A stretch of 44,018 nucleotides of DNA, taken from Candidatus Woesearchaeota archaeon (lineage in GTDB: Archaea; Nanobdellota; Nanobdellia; SCGC-AAA011-G17; GW2011-AR18). The stretch covers positions 1 to 44,018 of the forward strand of contig CAZTRI010000017.1 in NCBI GenBank assembly GCA_964616675.1. Direction: 5' to 3'. The first letter of the stretch is position 1. Every line of letters starts with the position of its first letter. Both the position numbers and the translations under genes were made by a program. Below the pieces are notes generated by a model, which saw nothing but the letters and a program-made list of their open reading frames with translations, did no database searches and was not told the origin of the DNA. Below are positions 1 to 8,469 of the stretch, piece after piece.

Positions 1-1
1 A

Positions 2-421
2 AAACCAGAAAAAAAAGTATATTTAACAAAGTTACAAATAGATGATATTCTCAAAACATTAAAAGGTATTCAAGAAGAAAAAATAGAAAAGAATGAAACT
101 AAAGAAAGAAACCCTTACAAAGTCGAAATAACAAAAACAGATTTAGAACGAGCAGAATTTACATTAGGGAAAAGTAAACTTCTAGATATAATAGATCAAG
201 AAATAAAACAAGGTGAAAAACCAAACTTAGAATCAATAACAACAGAAGCAGAAAGAAATGTAAAAGAAGAAGACAAGAAAAAAGATGAATATAAGAAAGA
301 CAAGTATGGTGAAAAATCACTTTACTCTGACGATGTTGGATTATATAATGACAAAGCAAAAGCAATTCCAAATTATGATATGAGAAAAGAAGAAAATAGA
401 GAAAGTCACTCTACAACATAA
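2..421 (+). CDS. 3' end of a CDS truncated by the window edge; Lys/Glu-rich tail, unknown function
   Basis: Frame 2 is open from the window edge to TAA at 419-421 (139 codons), which is long for this AT content. It is absent from the track because no start lies in the window. The track ORF 159..371(-) is its low-complexity shadow. Its end overlaps the convergent 406..2481 gene by 16 nt. Confidence 0.45.
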   Translation, partial: KPEKKVYLTKLQIDDILKTLKGIQEEKIEKNETKERNPYKVEITKTDLERAEFTLGKSKLLDIIDQEIKQGEKPNLESITTEAERNVKEEDKKKDEYKKDKYGEKSLYSDDVGLYNDKAKAIPNYDMRKEENRESHSTT

Positions 422-2481
422 ATATCACCTGATAATTTATACTTATCTAAATTAGCAATTACTTCACCAGCCTGTTCAATTCCAAATGAATCTTTTCCTA
501 ATATAAGTAATGCAGTATTTCTACCATTATTAACAAGCACAACTATCCCTTTATTTCTGTTATAATAATCAAGTATTTCATCATTCAAATAATCTCTAGC
601 TAATTTATCATCTCCTAAAATTATTAGATTCTGTCCGGTAAGATCTTTTATTTCCCTAGTCTCATCAAAATCAACTGTACTGAATTTACATCCAACATCC
701 TTAGGTTTAATTAATCCTAACTTCTTGACAACAGCAACACCTACTTTAAAATTATCAGCAGTTCCAGGTACACTCATTTCAAATCTGTCAGATGAAGCTC
801 TTGATTTAGGATCTCTAATTACTATACCTGAAGCTGTTCTAGTATCATCCTTAAAATTAGAAATATCTTTAGATCCATACAATATATCATTAGCTGTGGT
901 AGTATCACCATCCCCTTTACCTAAGTAAGTAAACTGATCCTTATTATCACCAGTAGCTTCAATGTACACTTTAACATCATTTCCAACCGAATTATCAATT
1001 ACAATATTACCGCTATCACTAGAAGTACTCCATTCTAAATTAACAGGTAAATTTGCATTACCCCAGTTCAATCTAAACACATCATTTGTATTAGATGAAA
1101 TCTCCTGTACAAGAGCAGTTTTTCCGGCAGATTTTCTATATACTTTCAAACTATTTCCAGTTGAATACAGGAATAATTCATCAGCAACAGCTTCACCTAT
1201 TCTAAATCCATCTGAACCTTTAGATTCAATATCGATCACATTAGCATTAGATATGCTTGGATTTGCATCAGTATCAGATTCATACAAACTAACAGAATTA
1301 TCTTTTATTTCATAATTCAAGAGATTATCACTTTGCATTTCACCTAATTCAAGACAAGCATATTCATAAGGCAGACATAATTGTTCACCTTCATATAAAG
1401 GATGACTTATTCCAGGATAATCTGAATCAGGTCTATTTACATTAAGATTGAATTCAATTCCTATTGTAGGATTATTCGTATTGAGACTACTTAATCTCCA
1501 TACCCATGTTGGATCATTTTTATTTTCTCCAAAGAAAGGATCACCATCATGAACAGTTACTATTGCTTCTGATCCAACTACAAGTAATGCAGAATCATAC
1601 TCAATTCCAGATTCATCTGAGACTTGGTCTAAATAAATTTCAGTCCCACTAATCCATTTTGATCTGCCAACGTCGATAACATCCATGACACCATTAACAC
1701 TCACAGTTGCTTTACTAGGATTAGTTTGGATAAGTTCAATCTCTCTTCCATCAGTTACCACCTTTTCACCAGCCTTCATCCATAATCTATTTCCACCAAA
1801 GGTAGTTATTGAGTTTGCAGTTGCAGCTTCGATTTTTAGTTCCTGTCCTAAAAATGTAATTCTAATTGGATCATTCTGTGTTGCATTAGTAAAAAAATTA
1901 CCTTGTTTAAGGGTAGACTTAAACACAAAGAAATAACCTATGGAACTTTTTTCAAGAGGTATAAAAACATTATCTTTCCAATCATCATTTGCTTGATAAG
2001 TTAATCCTGTCTGTGGCGCTAATGAAGACGAAGAAGCAAACCTAATTTCATCCCTAGCAGAATATACATTATCAACACTGTTAACATCAAGATGGACATC
2101 ACCATCAAAAAAACCTTCTATATCATCTACATCCAAAGTAGATCCAAATTTAGATTGTAAAGTATCTGTCAGCTTAATATTCTCACTTTTCTCATTTCCT
2201 CTTTTGGGTTTAGTCAATTCAAAACAATTCTGTGCCTCAGCAAAGAAATTATTTCTTATTGCTTCAACCACGTTCTTAGCAGTAAAATCATATACAAGAT
2301 AAAAATTCATTGCTCCATTAGGATCTATAAAGATATCAGGGAAATTCTTAAGGTCAATAACAGTAACTTCAGTAGTACCTAAAAATTTCACAGCAAAATT
2401 AGTCAACTTTCCAACACTAACAATTAATAAAATTGTAACAATAATAATTCCAATATACACACTTCTTTTTTTCATTATCAA
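406..2481 (-). CDS. secreted or surface protein, 691 aa, N-terminal signal/TM segment, unknown function
   Basis: Long ORF. The N-terminus MIMKKRSVYIGIIIVTILLIVSV is signal-like. It contains one copy of the beta-rich module shared with the 18285-20578 secreted proteins (MKAGEKVVTDGREIELIQTNPSKATVSVNG). Confidence 0.75.
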   Translation of the reverse strand: MIMKKRSVYIGIIIVTILLIVSVGKLTNFAVKFLGTTEVTVIDLKNFPDIFIDPNGAMNFYLVYDFTAKNVVEAIRNNFFAEAQNCFELTKPKRGNEKSENIKLTDTLQSKFGSTLDVDDIEGFFDGDVHLDVNSVDNVYSARDEIRFASSSSLAPQTGLTYQANDDWKDNVFIPLEKSSIGYFFVFKSTLKQGNFFTNATQNDPIRITFLGQELKIEAATANSITTFGGNRLWMKAGEKVVTDGREIELIQTNPSKATVSVNGVMDVIDVGRSKWISGTEIYLDQVSDESGIEYDSALLVVGSEAIVTVHDGDPFFGENKNDPTWVWRLSSLNTNNPTIGIEFNLNVNRPDSDYPGISHPLYEGEQLCLPYEYACLELGEMQSDNLLNYEIKDNSVSLYESDTDANPSISNANVIDIESKGSDGFRIGEAVADELFLYSTGNSLKVYRKSAGKTALVQEISSNTNDVFRLNWGNANLPVNLEWSTSSDSGNIVIDNSVGNDVKVYIEATGDNKDQFTYLGKGDGDTTTANDILYGSKDISNFKDDTRTASGIVIRDPKSRASSDRFEMSVPGTADNFKVGVAVVKKLGLIKPKDVGCKFSTVDFDETREIKDLTGQNLIILGDDKLARDYLNDEILDYYNRNKGIVVLVNNGRNTALLILGKDSFGIEQAGEVIANLDKYKLSGDIYVVE

Positions 2482-2531
2482 AATACTTTTTTAGTATCTT
2501 ATAATCTTTTTGATTCGTTGAATTAATTTTG

Positions 2532-2570
2532 TAGACTGCGTCGGCATAGGGGTGAGGGGAGAATCCCATC
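2532..2570 (+). repeat. long-form copy of the dispersed repeat (core TAGACTGCGTCGGC plus hairpin module)
   Basis: TAGACTGCGTCGGCATAGGGGTGAGGGGAGAATCCCATC. Near-identical copies lie at 34562..34600 (+) and 37740..37779 (-). It sits 43 nt downstream of the rps7 stop codon. Confidence 0.85.
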
Positions 2571-2612
2571 TGCATTTTATTTATTTAAAACATAGAATAA
2601 AAGAATTTAAAA

Positions 2613-3209
2613 CTATCGAGAACTGTCTGACTGTCTTTCCAACTCTAATTTCTTAGATATTGCCTGAGATCCTGGATCCATATTATAAGCTTTAATTATT
2701 TCATCAGCTAAAGTTCTCTCAAGTCTCACTTTTTTATTAAAACATTTAGAATAAGCACCCTGAACCATCTGCCTTAAAGCTATATCAATTCTCCTTTGCG
2801 GAGCGCATTCTACAGCTTGAGGGTATCTTGCACCACCATATTCAATTGTTGTTATTTCCTCTCTAGGTGCTGCATTCTCTAACGCCTTAACAAACACAGC
2901 CACAGGATTTTTTCCTGTTTCTTTTTCAACTATTTTAAAGGTATCATAAACAACATTATAAGTGTGAAGTCCTTTACCAGTACAATGTTCAGAAGTAACC
3001 CTATGTACCTTTCCCCTATGCCCTGGAACCTGTAATTTCCCCATTAACCTCTCAACTATATTAGATTTAGATTTCCCAAACCTAGTAGAATTATGTCTTC
3101 CAAATGACCTTGGAACAATCTGTGAATGTAAAGAGATATAAGGCTTTACTCCTGGGTCTGAGACCTCAATTCCAGTCACATCCCACTGATTAAAAATCTT
3201 AATTTCCAT
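2613..3209 (-). CDS. rps7: 30S ribosomal protein S7 (uS7)
   Basis: The 198-aa translation follows the archaeal S7 pattern (HNSTRFGKSK..., VERLMGKL, ENAAPREE, GGARYPQAV). ATG at 3209. Confidence 0.93.
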   Translation of the reverse strand: MEIKIFNQWDVTGIEVSDPGVKPYISLHSQIVPRSFGRHNSTRFGKSKSNIVERLMGKLQVPGHRGKVHRVTSEHCTGKGLHTYNVVYDTFKIVEKETGKNPVAVFVKALENAAPREEITTIEYGGARYPQAVECAPQRRIDIALRQMVQGAYSKCFNKKVRLERTLADEIIKAYNMDPGSQAISKKLELERQSDSSR

Positions 3210-3232
3210 AATAAAAAGTATAAAAGAAGTCC

Positions 3233-3240
3233 TATTTAAA
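3233..3240 (-). promoter_or_regulatory. candidate TATA box (TTTAAATA on the minus strand) for a leaderless rps7 transcript
   Basis: TTTAAATA spans -31..-24 relative to the rps7 ATG, which is the typical archaeal TATA-to-start spacing. It lies in the 33-nt gap after the inserted 976-aa gene. Confidence 0.35.
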
Positions 3241-3242
3241 GG

Positions 3243-6173
3243 TTACCACTTTCGTTTTCTATGCCACCATACCACGACCATAGCAGCTACCAGTATCCCA
3301 AGGAGACCGACCCATGCTATTACATTTGGCTTTCTAATCTTCTTCTTTATCTCCTCCCCGACTCTCTTTACTTGCTCTTTAAATGGTACAGATTCTTTAG
3401 TCTCTGTTATCTTTTGCTCTACGACAGCCTTTGTACTTGCTCCTTCAAGAGCTCTCACTTTTACTAAAGCCCTAATACCTGTTACTGAAGCCACATGCAC
3501 TTCAATATCATCTATACCATCACCAGTAACATCAAGGACTCTCTTCTCATCTTCATTCATTATAACTGTAAATGGATCTGAAGCAACTTCAAGAGTTGCA
3601 GTCTTTTTTGCACTATCCAATGCTTTTAGCTTAACTGAGTGCTTCTCACCTGCAACATCAAAGCTAACTCCACCCTCTTTTTCTAGACTTCTCTCAATAA
3701 ATGATTTTGTCAAAGTACCTATATCTTCAGTTTGACCACCTTTAACAAATGCAGCATCACCAGTACCACCAGTACCACCACCTCCAACATTAGCAGCTGG
3801 TGTTTCTACAGCAGCAGCTTTAGCAGTAGCTAATATAGCAAAGGTACTAAATGCAGTAACATTAACAGACACTGACCTTAAATTATATCTTTCATCTATT
3901 GTTGTGTTATGGAAAGATCCAACAACTTCAGTCCATGTTGAAGTATTTTCAAGGAACTTGAATATCTTAAATGTGCTAGTCTCCAAAGTAGATGGACCTT
4001 CAGTACCATTATAAAATATTGTTAAAGTGGCTGCTGATACATTAAATGGAGTAGTTGAATTGACAAATGTTAAGGACATAAACCTTACTGGTTGATATGA
4101 TCCTGCTGTCAAACTACCATTAGTTGGATTCTGCTGGTATCCTACTAAAGACACTGCAGTATCATTAACTTCTCTATTAGGGAACAACTCTAACCTGGCT
4201 CTTATCAAATTGACATCTTCTATTATATTTGTTATATTTGGTGTCAAGTTAATTGATTGGTTAGTTACTACATCAACAGTTAAGGTTCTCAATGAAATAA
4301 GTCCTACATTATCATATCTTCTAGTATTTCCTGCACTATCATTAGCCTGTATATCGACAAAGTAATCTCCTTGAGGATAACCAGTACTGTCCCAAGTTGC
4401 ATTCCATATTCCAGCATTAATCGAACCATTAACACTAATATTTTCAGCAAAAGCTACAGTGACAGTATCATTTCCATCTGGGTTCTGTATTAATGCACGT
4501 ATTGTATCAACGACGAGAATCCTATCAGATGCTGTAATATTCATTGTGAACGCAGTTCCAGGACTACCTTTTCTAACACTCAGAGATATATTCATATCAA
4601 CTTGAGGTGGATTAAAATCTACATTAAATACAAATGGATCTGAAAAGTTCAAGTTTCCAGCAGTATCATTTGCATAAAGAGTAAGATTATAAGTCCAGTT
4701 TCCACCCTTCTGAGGTAGTTCAGTTCCGTTGATAGTTTCCTTTAAATCAACTGAAGTGTTCGACTCACAAGGGAATGTAACATTCCTTCCAGTATTGTTA
4801 AGCTGATACCAGCAGGTAGACAGCTGAGCCCCACCTAAATCAACCAAACTAATATTAATAGTTACATTAGAGGAAGTCACATTAGACATATTTGTAGGGA
4901 ATATAATACTCATATTTGCTGGAGTAAAATCTTGGAAAAATACAAATAGATCAGTCTGATTAAAATTCCCATAACTATCATTAACATAAATACTTACATT
5001 ATTAGTAAACTCAAGTCTAGAAATTTCTATACTAGCATTAGCAATACCAAGGCAAGGAAAAGTTCTATTTGCTCCAGACGAATTAGTATCATACCAACAT
5101 TTATCTAAAGAAGTATCAAGATCATCAACACTAAGATTTAGAGTAAAGGTAGTTACAGATTGATTTGATAAATTTGCAAGTGTAATACTAGCAATAAAAG
5201 GTCTCCTTAGATCATATTCTCCAAATTGTGAAACTCTTGGGAAAGAATCATTCTCAATAGGGATTAGAAGTGTACTCAAATTATACGGACGAGTACATAT
5301 TTTGGCTTTCTCTGTATCGTTCAAAGTCTGACTTCTATCACAGTATTCAGTACTATCATTATAGAAATCATAATGATTACCTACTTGTGAATTATTAAAG
5401 TGCACACTGGCTGAATTTGTAACATTTAACGACCCATTCATGAAATTATTTCTAATAAATAATGTATTATTTACAGTAACCTGACTTCCACCACCTACTT
5501 TTAAAATAAATGCCCTAGGACCATTCATACTAAATTTATTTCCTGTCCAGTTGTTTTTATCACAATCACCACCTATGTCAAAGACAATAGCTTTCTCATC
5601 TCCTGTAGCAGACCCTGCAATCCCACCATCAACAAAAGTGTTGTTTATGAACTGGCTTCCACTACATGTACTTGGAGAAGCTCCTACTGAAAAATTAATG
5701 AAAGTATTATTTACAAGTCCAGTATCATTAAAAGTATTATTATAAGCAGTTACATTTGAACCCATCACAATAGCATGCGATAAATTTAAAAATATATTAT
5801 TAGTAAGATTTGTATAATTTGTACCAGAAGAATCATTTAATAAAATCCCTATATATCCTACCTCCAATTTACAATTAACAACAGAAAGATTTTGAGCACC
5901 AGAAGCGTTAATTAAGATATCATTTGCAGAACTTCCAAAAATAGTATTACTAGCACAATTTATAACAACACTTGCGTTTGTAACATTAATACAAAATGGT
6001 GCTCCAACAAAAGAAGCAGTTAGATTAACTACAGCACTATCATTTGCAGCAGCTCCAGTACAACTAGCACAACTATTACACTCAGCATCCTGTCGAGCAA
6101 GACCAAGACTTAAAGGCAACACCAACAATAACAATAAAACGATTAATAAATATTTCCTACTTTTTTGTATCAT
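3243..6173 (-). CDS. large surface (S-layer-like) glycoprotein candidate, 976 aa: signal peptide, beta-helix-like N-terminal region, Ig-like repeats, C-terminal TM anchor
   Basis: Signal-like N-terminus (MIQKSRKYLLIVLLLLLVLPLSLG). About 65 N-x-S/T sequons by manual count. Two tandem repeats carry CWY..N..FPC. There is a GGGGTGGTG linker, a C-terminal TM segment (VIAWVGLLGILVAAMVVVWW) and a basic tail HRKRKW. GGGTGAT, a Shine-Dalgarno-like motif, lies 3 nt upstream of the ATG, with TATATAAATA further upstream. Confidence 0.8.
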   Translation of the reverse strand: MIQKSRKYLLIVLLLLLVLPLSLGLARQDAECNSCASCTGAAANDSAVVNLTASFVGAPFCINVTNASVVINCASNTIFGSSANDILINASGAQNLSVVNCKLEVGYIGILLNDSSGTNYTNLTNNIFLNLSHAIVMGSNVTAYNNTFNDTGLVNNTFINFSVGASPSTCSGSQFINNTFVDGGIAGSATGDEKAIVFDIGGDCDKNNWTGNKFSMNGPRAFILKVGGGSQVTVNNTLFIRNNFMNGSLNVTNSASVHFNNSQVGNHYDFYNDSTEYCDRSQTLNDTEKAKICTRPYNLSTLLIPIENDSFPRVSQFGEYDLRRPFIASITLANLSNQSVTTFTLNLSVDDLDTSLDKCWYDTNSSGANRTFPCLGIANASIEISRLEFTNNVSIYVNDSYGNFNQTDLFVFFQDFTPANMSIIFPTNMSNVTSSNVTINISLVDLGGAQLSTCWYQLNNTGRNVTFPCESNTSVDLKETINGTELPQKGGNWTYNLTLYANDTAGNLNFSDPFVFNVDFNPPQVDMNISLSVRKGSPGTAFTMNITASDRILVVDTIRALIQNPDGNDTVTVAFAENISVNGSINAGIWNATWDSTGYPQGDYFVDIQANDSAGNTRRYDNVGLISLRTLTVDVVTNQSINLTPNITNIIEDVNLIRARLELFPNREVNDTAVSLVGYQQNPTNGSLTAGSYQPVRFMSLTFVNSTTPFNVSAATLTIFYNGTEGPSTLETSTFKIFKFLENTSTWTEVVGSFHNTTIDERYNLRSVSVNVTAFSTFAILATAKAAAVETPAANVGGGGTGGTGDAAFVKGGQTEDIGTLTKSFIERSLEKEGGVSFDVAGEKHSVKLKALDSAKKTATLEVASDPFTVIMNEDEKRVLDVTGDGIDDIEVHVASVTGIRALVKVRALEGASTKAVVEQKITETKESVPFKEQVKRVGEEIKKKIRKPNVIAWVGLLGILVAAMVVVWWHRKRKW

Positions 6174-6269
6174 CTAATCACCCTTTTTTATAACTATATG
6201 TTTTTATTTGAAAGTTATTTATATACTTTTCTAAAAATAAAAATAAGTTATAACTATAATAATAAGAAT

Positions 6270-6707
6270 TTATCTTCTACCCTTCTCAATTTTTCCTCTT
6301 AATAATGCATTAAGACTCTGATCATTAACTTTTATTACTTGCCATCTGACACCAGGAATATCACCTTTTGCTCTTCCCATTTTTCCACCTATACATTCAA
6401 TAATAACCTCATCATGTTCAGCAATCATTTTTTGTGCACCATCTCTTGGCATGAATGCTTTTACTTGTCTTCCGTTTTTTACTAGTTGCACCTTACAACA
6501 TTTTCTCATAGCAGAGTTAGGTTGCTTAGCTTCAACCTGTACTTTTTCAAGAACAATTGCTTTTGCCTGTGAAGCCCCTCTTAGAGGATCAGCTTTAACT
6601 TTTAATTTCTTAACTCTTCTTACATACCATTTATCCTTCAGTCTAGCTTTTTTTCTCTTAACACTAAGTTTCTTCCCTGCATTTAATCCATTAGTTTTAT
6701 GACCCAT
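6270..6707 (-). CDS. rps12: 30S ribosomal protein S12 (uS12)
   Basis: The translation contains [19 protein letters not shown] and [11 protein letters not shown] chose the ATG at 6707 (MGHKTNG...), which removes the overlap with nusA; the track ORF extends to 6728. Confidence 0.92.
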   Translation of the reverse strand: MGHKTNGLNAGKKLSVKRKKARLKDKWYVRRVKKLKVKADPLRGASQAKAIVLEKVQVEAKQPNSAMRKCCKVQLVKNGRQVKAFMPRDGAQKMIAEHDEVIIECIGGKMGRAKGDIPGVRWQVIKVNDQSLNALLRGKIEKGRR

Positions 6708-6708
6708 T

Positions 6709-7104
6709 TTATCGTACAACAACCTCATTTATATTATAATATTTCTTCATCAAACCCTCAATTTTTTTCAGGTTTCCCCTGTCCCTTCCAAAGATTCTAC
6801 CTTTAACTTTCGAATCAGAGCAATTAATCACCACCCGATCCTCTTCTTTGGTTATACTTTCTACTTTTAAAGGGTAAATCAAGTTATTAATAAACTTTAC
6901 GGGATCTGGGGAAAAACCAATAATTCTAACTTGCCTCTTAAGAAGGTTCTCTACCTTTCTTAAACTAGCCACAGCCTTCTTTATTGAACCTTCTTCTATA
7001 ACAAACACAAAAACCCCGTCTTCGTCAAAAAAGTCCTTAACTTTAGCTCCGGTAATATTCTCAAACAGCGTTATGCTTTGTATAGAAAAAATATCTAACT
7101 TCAT
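6709..7104 (-). CDS. nusA: archaeal NusA-like KH-domain protein
   Basis: About 131 aa, in the conserved position between rpl30e and rps12. It has a KH-like GAKVKDF and a G-rich [16 protein letters not shown] segment. I prefer the ATG at 7104 to the TTG at 7119. Confidence 0.8.
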   Translation of the reverse strand: MKLDIFSIQSITLFENITGAKVKDFFDEDGVFVFVIEEGSIKKAVASLRKVENLLKRQVRIIGFSPDPVKFINNLIYPLKVESITKEEDRVVINCSDSKVKGRIFGRDRGNLKKIEGLMKKYYNINEVVVR

Positions 7105-7105
7105 C

Positions 7106-7363
7106 TTACTCAATTCCAATACAGCTTACTGCAAATCGTCTTTTGCATATAACAGCTAGTTCCTTGCTATCCTCATTTAACATAAAACATTCAGCACCTA
7201 AGTTAGTGCATAGCTTATTTATCTTATCAGTCACAACACAGTTGTTAGCCATAAACACTTTTTTCAATTCTCCTCTTTTCAATTTTTTCTCAACAATATT
7301 AGCTCCCATAAAAATCTTTTTAGCACCCTTCAACTCGTTCTTAATATTTACTATTGTATTCAT
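7106..7363 (-). CDS. rpl30e: 50S ribosomal protein L30e (eL30)
   Basis: 85 aa, L7Ae/L30e-like. It occupies the conserved position after rpoA'', and its ATG overlaps the rpoA'' stop (ATGA). Confidence 0.8.
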   Translation of the reverse strand: MNTIVNIKNELKGAKKIFMGANIVEKKLKRGELKKVFMANNCVVTDKINKLCTNLGAECFMLNEDSKELAVICKRRFAVSCIGIE

Positions 7364-8469
7364 TTTTTCACCTTCGCTACCAATGTAGGTAGTCCTGTAC
7401 CTAAAGGTACTGGTTGGTTAAGCATTACATTCTCAATAACACTATTCAATTCATCAGTCTCTCCGATAAGCGCTGCAGTAATTATATGTTTAATTGGAGT
7501 TTCAAAAGAAGCTCTAGCAAGAACACTTTCCTTCTCACCAGTAATACCACTTCTAGTAATACCCTTAATAGTTCCAGTCCTAGTCATAACATCAGCCAGA
7601 AACATTATATGTCTTATGTTAATCTCAAGACCTTGCTCTTTAATAACCTTCTCAGCTTCAGCAATTATAGCTCCTCTTGCAGCTTCAATTCCCAAAACAT
7701 CAGCAATTTCAAATAAATTATTTGTCATAACACTGGAAGGTTCTACTTCATCCATCTCGAGTGCACTCTTAAGATTACTTCCTGCACAATGTACAACAAA
7801 AGTATTTTCTCCTTTCACTGGCAATACTTGTGTAATTCCTTTTAGTCCATAAACATGAAGTTCTTTTAATTTTTCCTTAAGTTTATATATTTCAGAAAGT
7901 TCAACTTCTTTATTCTTGGTAGCAACAAAAACAGTACCTCTATCTTCTTTAACTTCATAACTTTTCAGTTTCTCTTTTAACCTTTCAAGCACATCACTTG
8001 GTTTCAATCCAAGATCTCTCAAAACCTTCCTGCTGATAACAGCCTCGACTCTAAGTTTAGGAATGTTAATTGAAAATTCACTTACAACATCACCACATTT
8101 AGTTTCTTTCACTCTCATAGCTACTTCTCTAACCATATCAGTAGTTCTAGAGTATTTAGGTTTCAATGTAATCTCCATTTTAGGAGTGGAAGGGATTTTT
8201 CTAGCATCAAATACTTCTATCAATCTAGGAAGACCTACAGTAATGTCCATTTCAGCAACACCAGCAAAGTGGAACGTATTTAGTGTCATCTGAGTTGAAG
8301 GTTCACCAAAACTTTCAGCAGTAATTATTCCAATAGCTTCTCCAGGACTTATTTTAGCCTCTTCATAAGCATTTTCTATTCTTTTTAGTGCTTGATGTTT
8401 CTGCTTATCATCAAGCTTCATTTCCTTACTAAATTGATCGACCTCACTTATTATATTTTTAGGCAGCAT
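7360..8469 (-). CDS. rpoA2: DNA-directed RNA polymerase subunit A'' (Rpo1C)
   Basis: The translation carries GEAIGIITAESFGEPSTQMTLNTFHFAGV and a C-terminal NVMLNQPVPLGTG. I prefer the ATG at 8469 to the track's TTG at 8487. Confidence 0.95.
   Translation of the reverse strand: MLPKNIISEVDQFSKEMKLDDKQKHQALKRIENAYEEAKISPGEAIGIITAESFGEPSTQMTLNTFHFAGVAEMDITVGLPRLIEVFDARKIPSTPKMEITLKPKYSRTTDMVREVAMRVKETKCGDVVSEFSINIPKLRVEAVISRKVLRDLGLKPSDVLERLKEKLKSYEVKEDRGTVFVATKNKEVELSEIYKLKEKLKELHVYGLKGITQVLPVKGENTFVVHCAGSNLKSALEMDEVEPSSVMTNNLFEIADVLGIEAARGAIIAEAEKVIKEQGLEINIRHIMFLADVMTRTGTIKGITRSGITGEKESVLARASFETPIKHIITAALIGETDELNSVIENVMLNQPVPLGTGLPTLVAKVKK

Noticed and set aside
159-371. Track ORF on the minus strand (70 aa, Leu-rich low complexity).
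   Set aside because: It is the antisense shadow of the plus-strand K/E-rich partial CDS (2..421). Its translation is poly-Leu and Phe junk.
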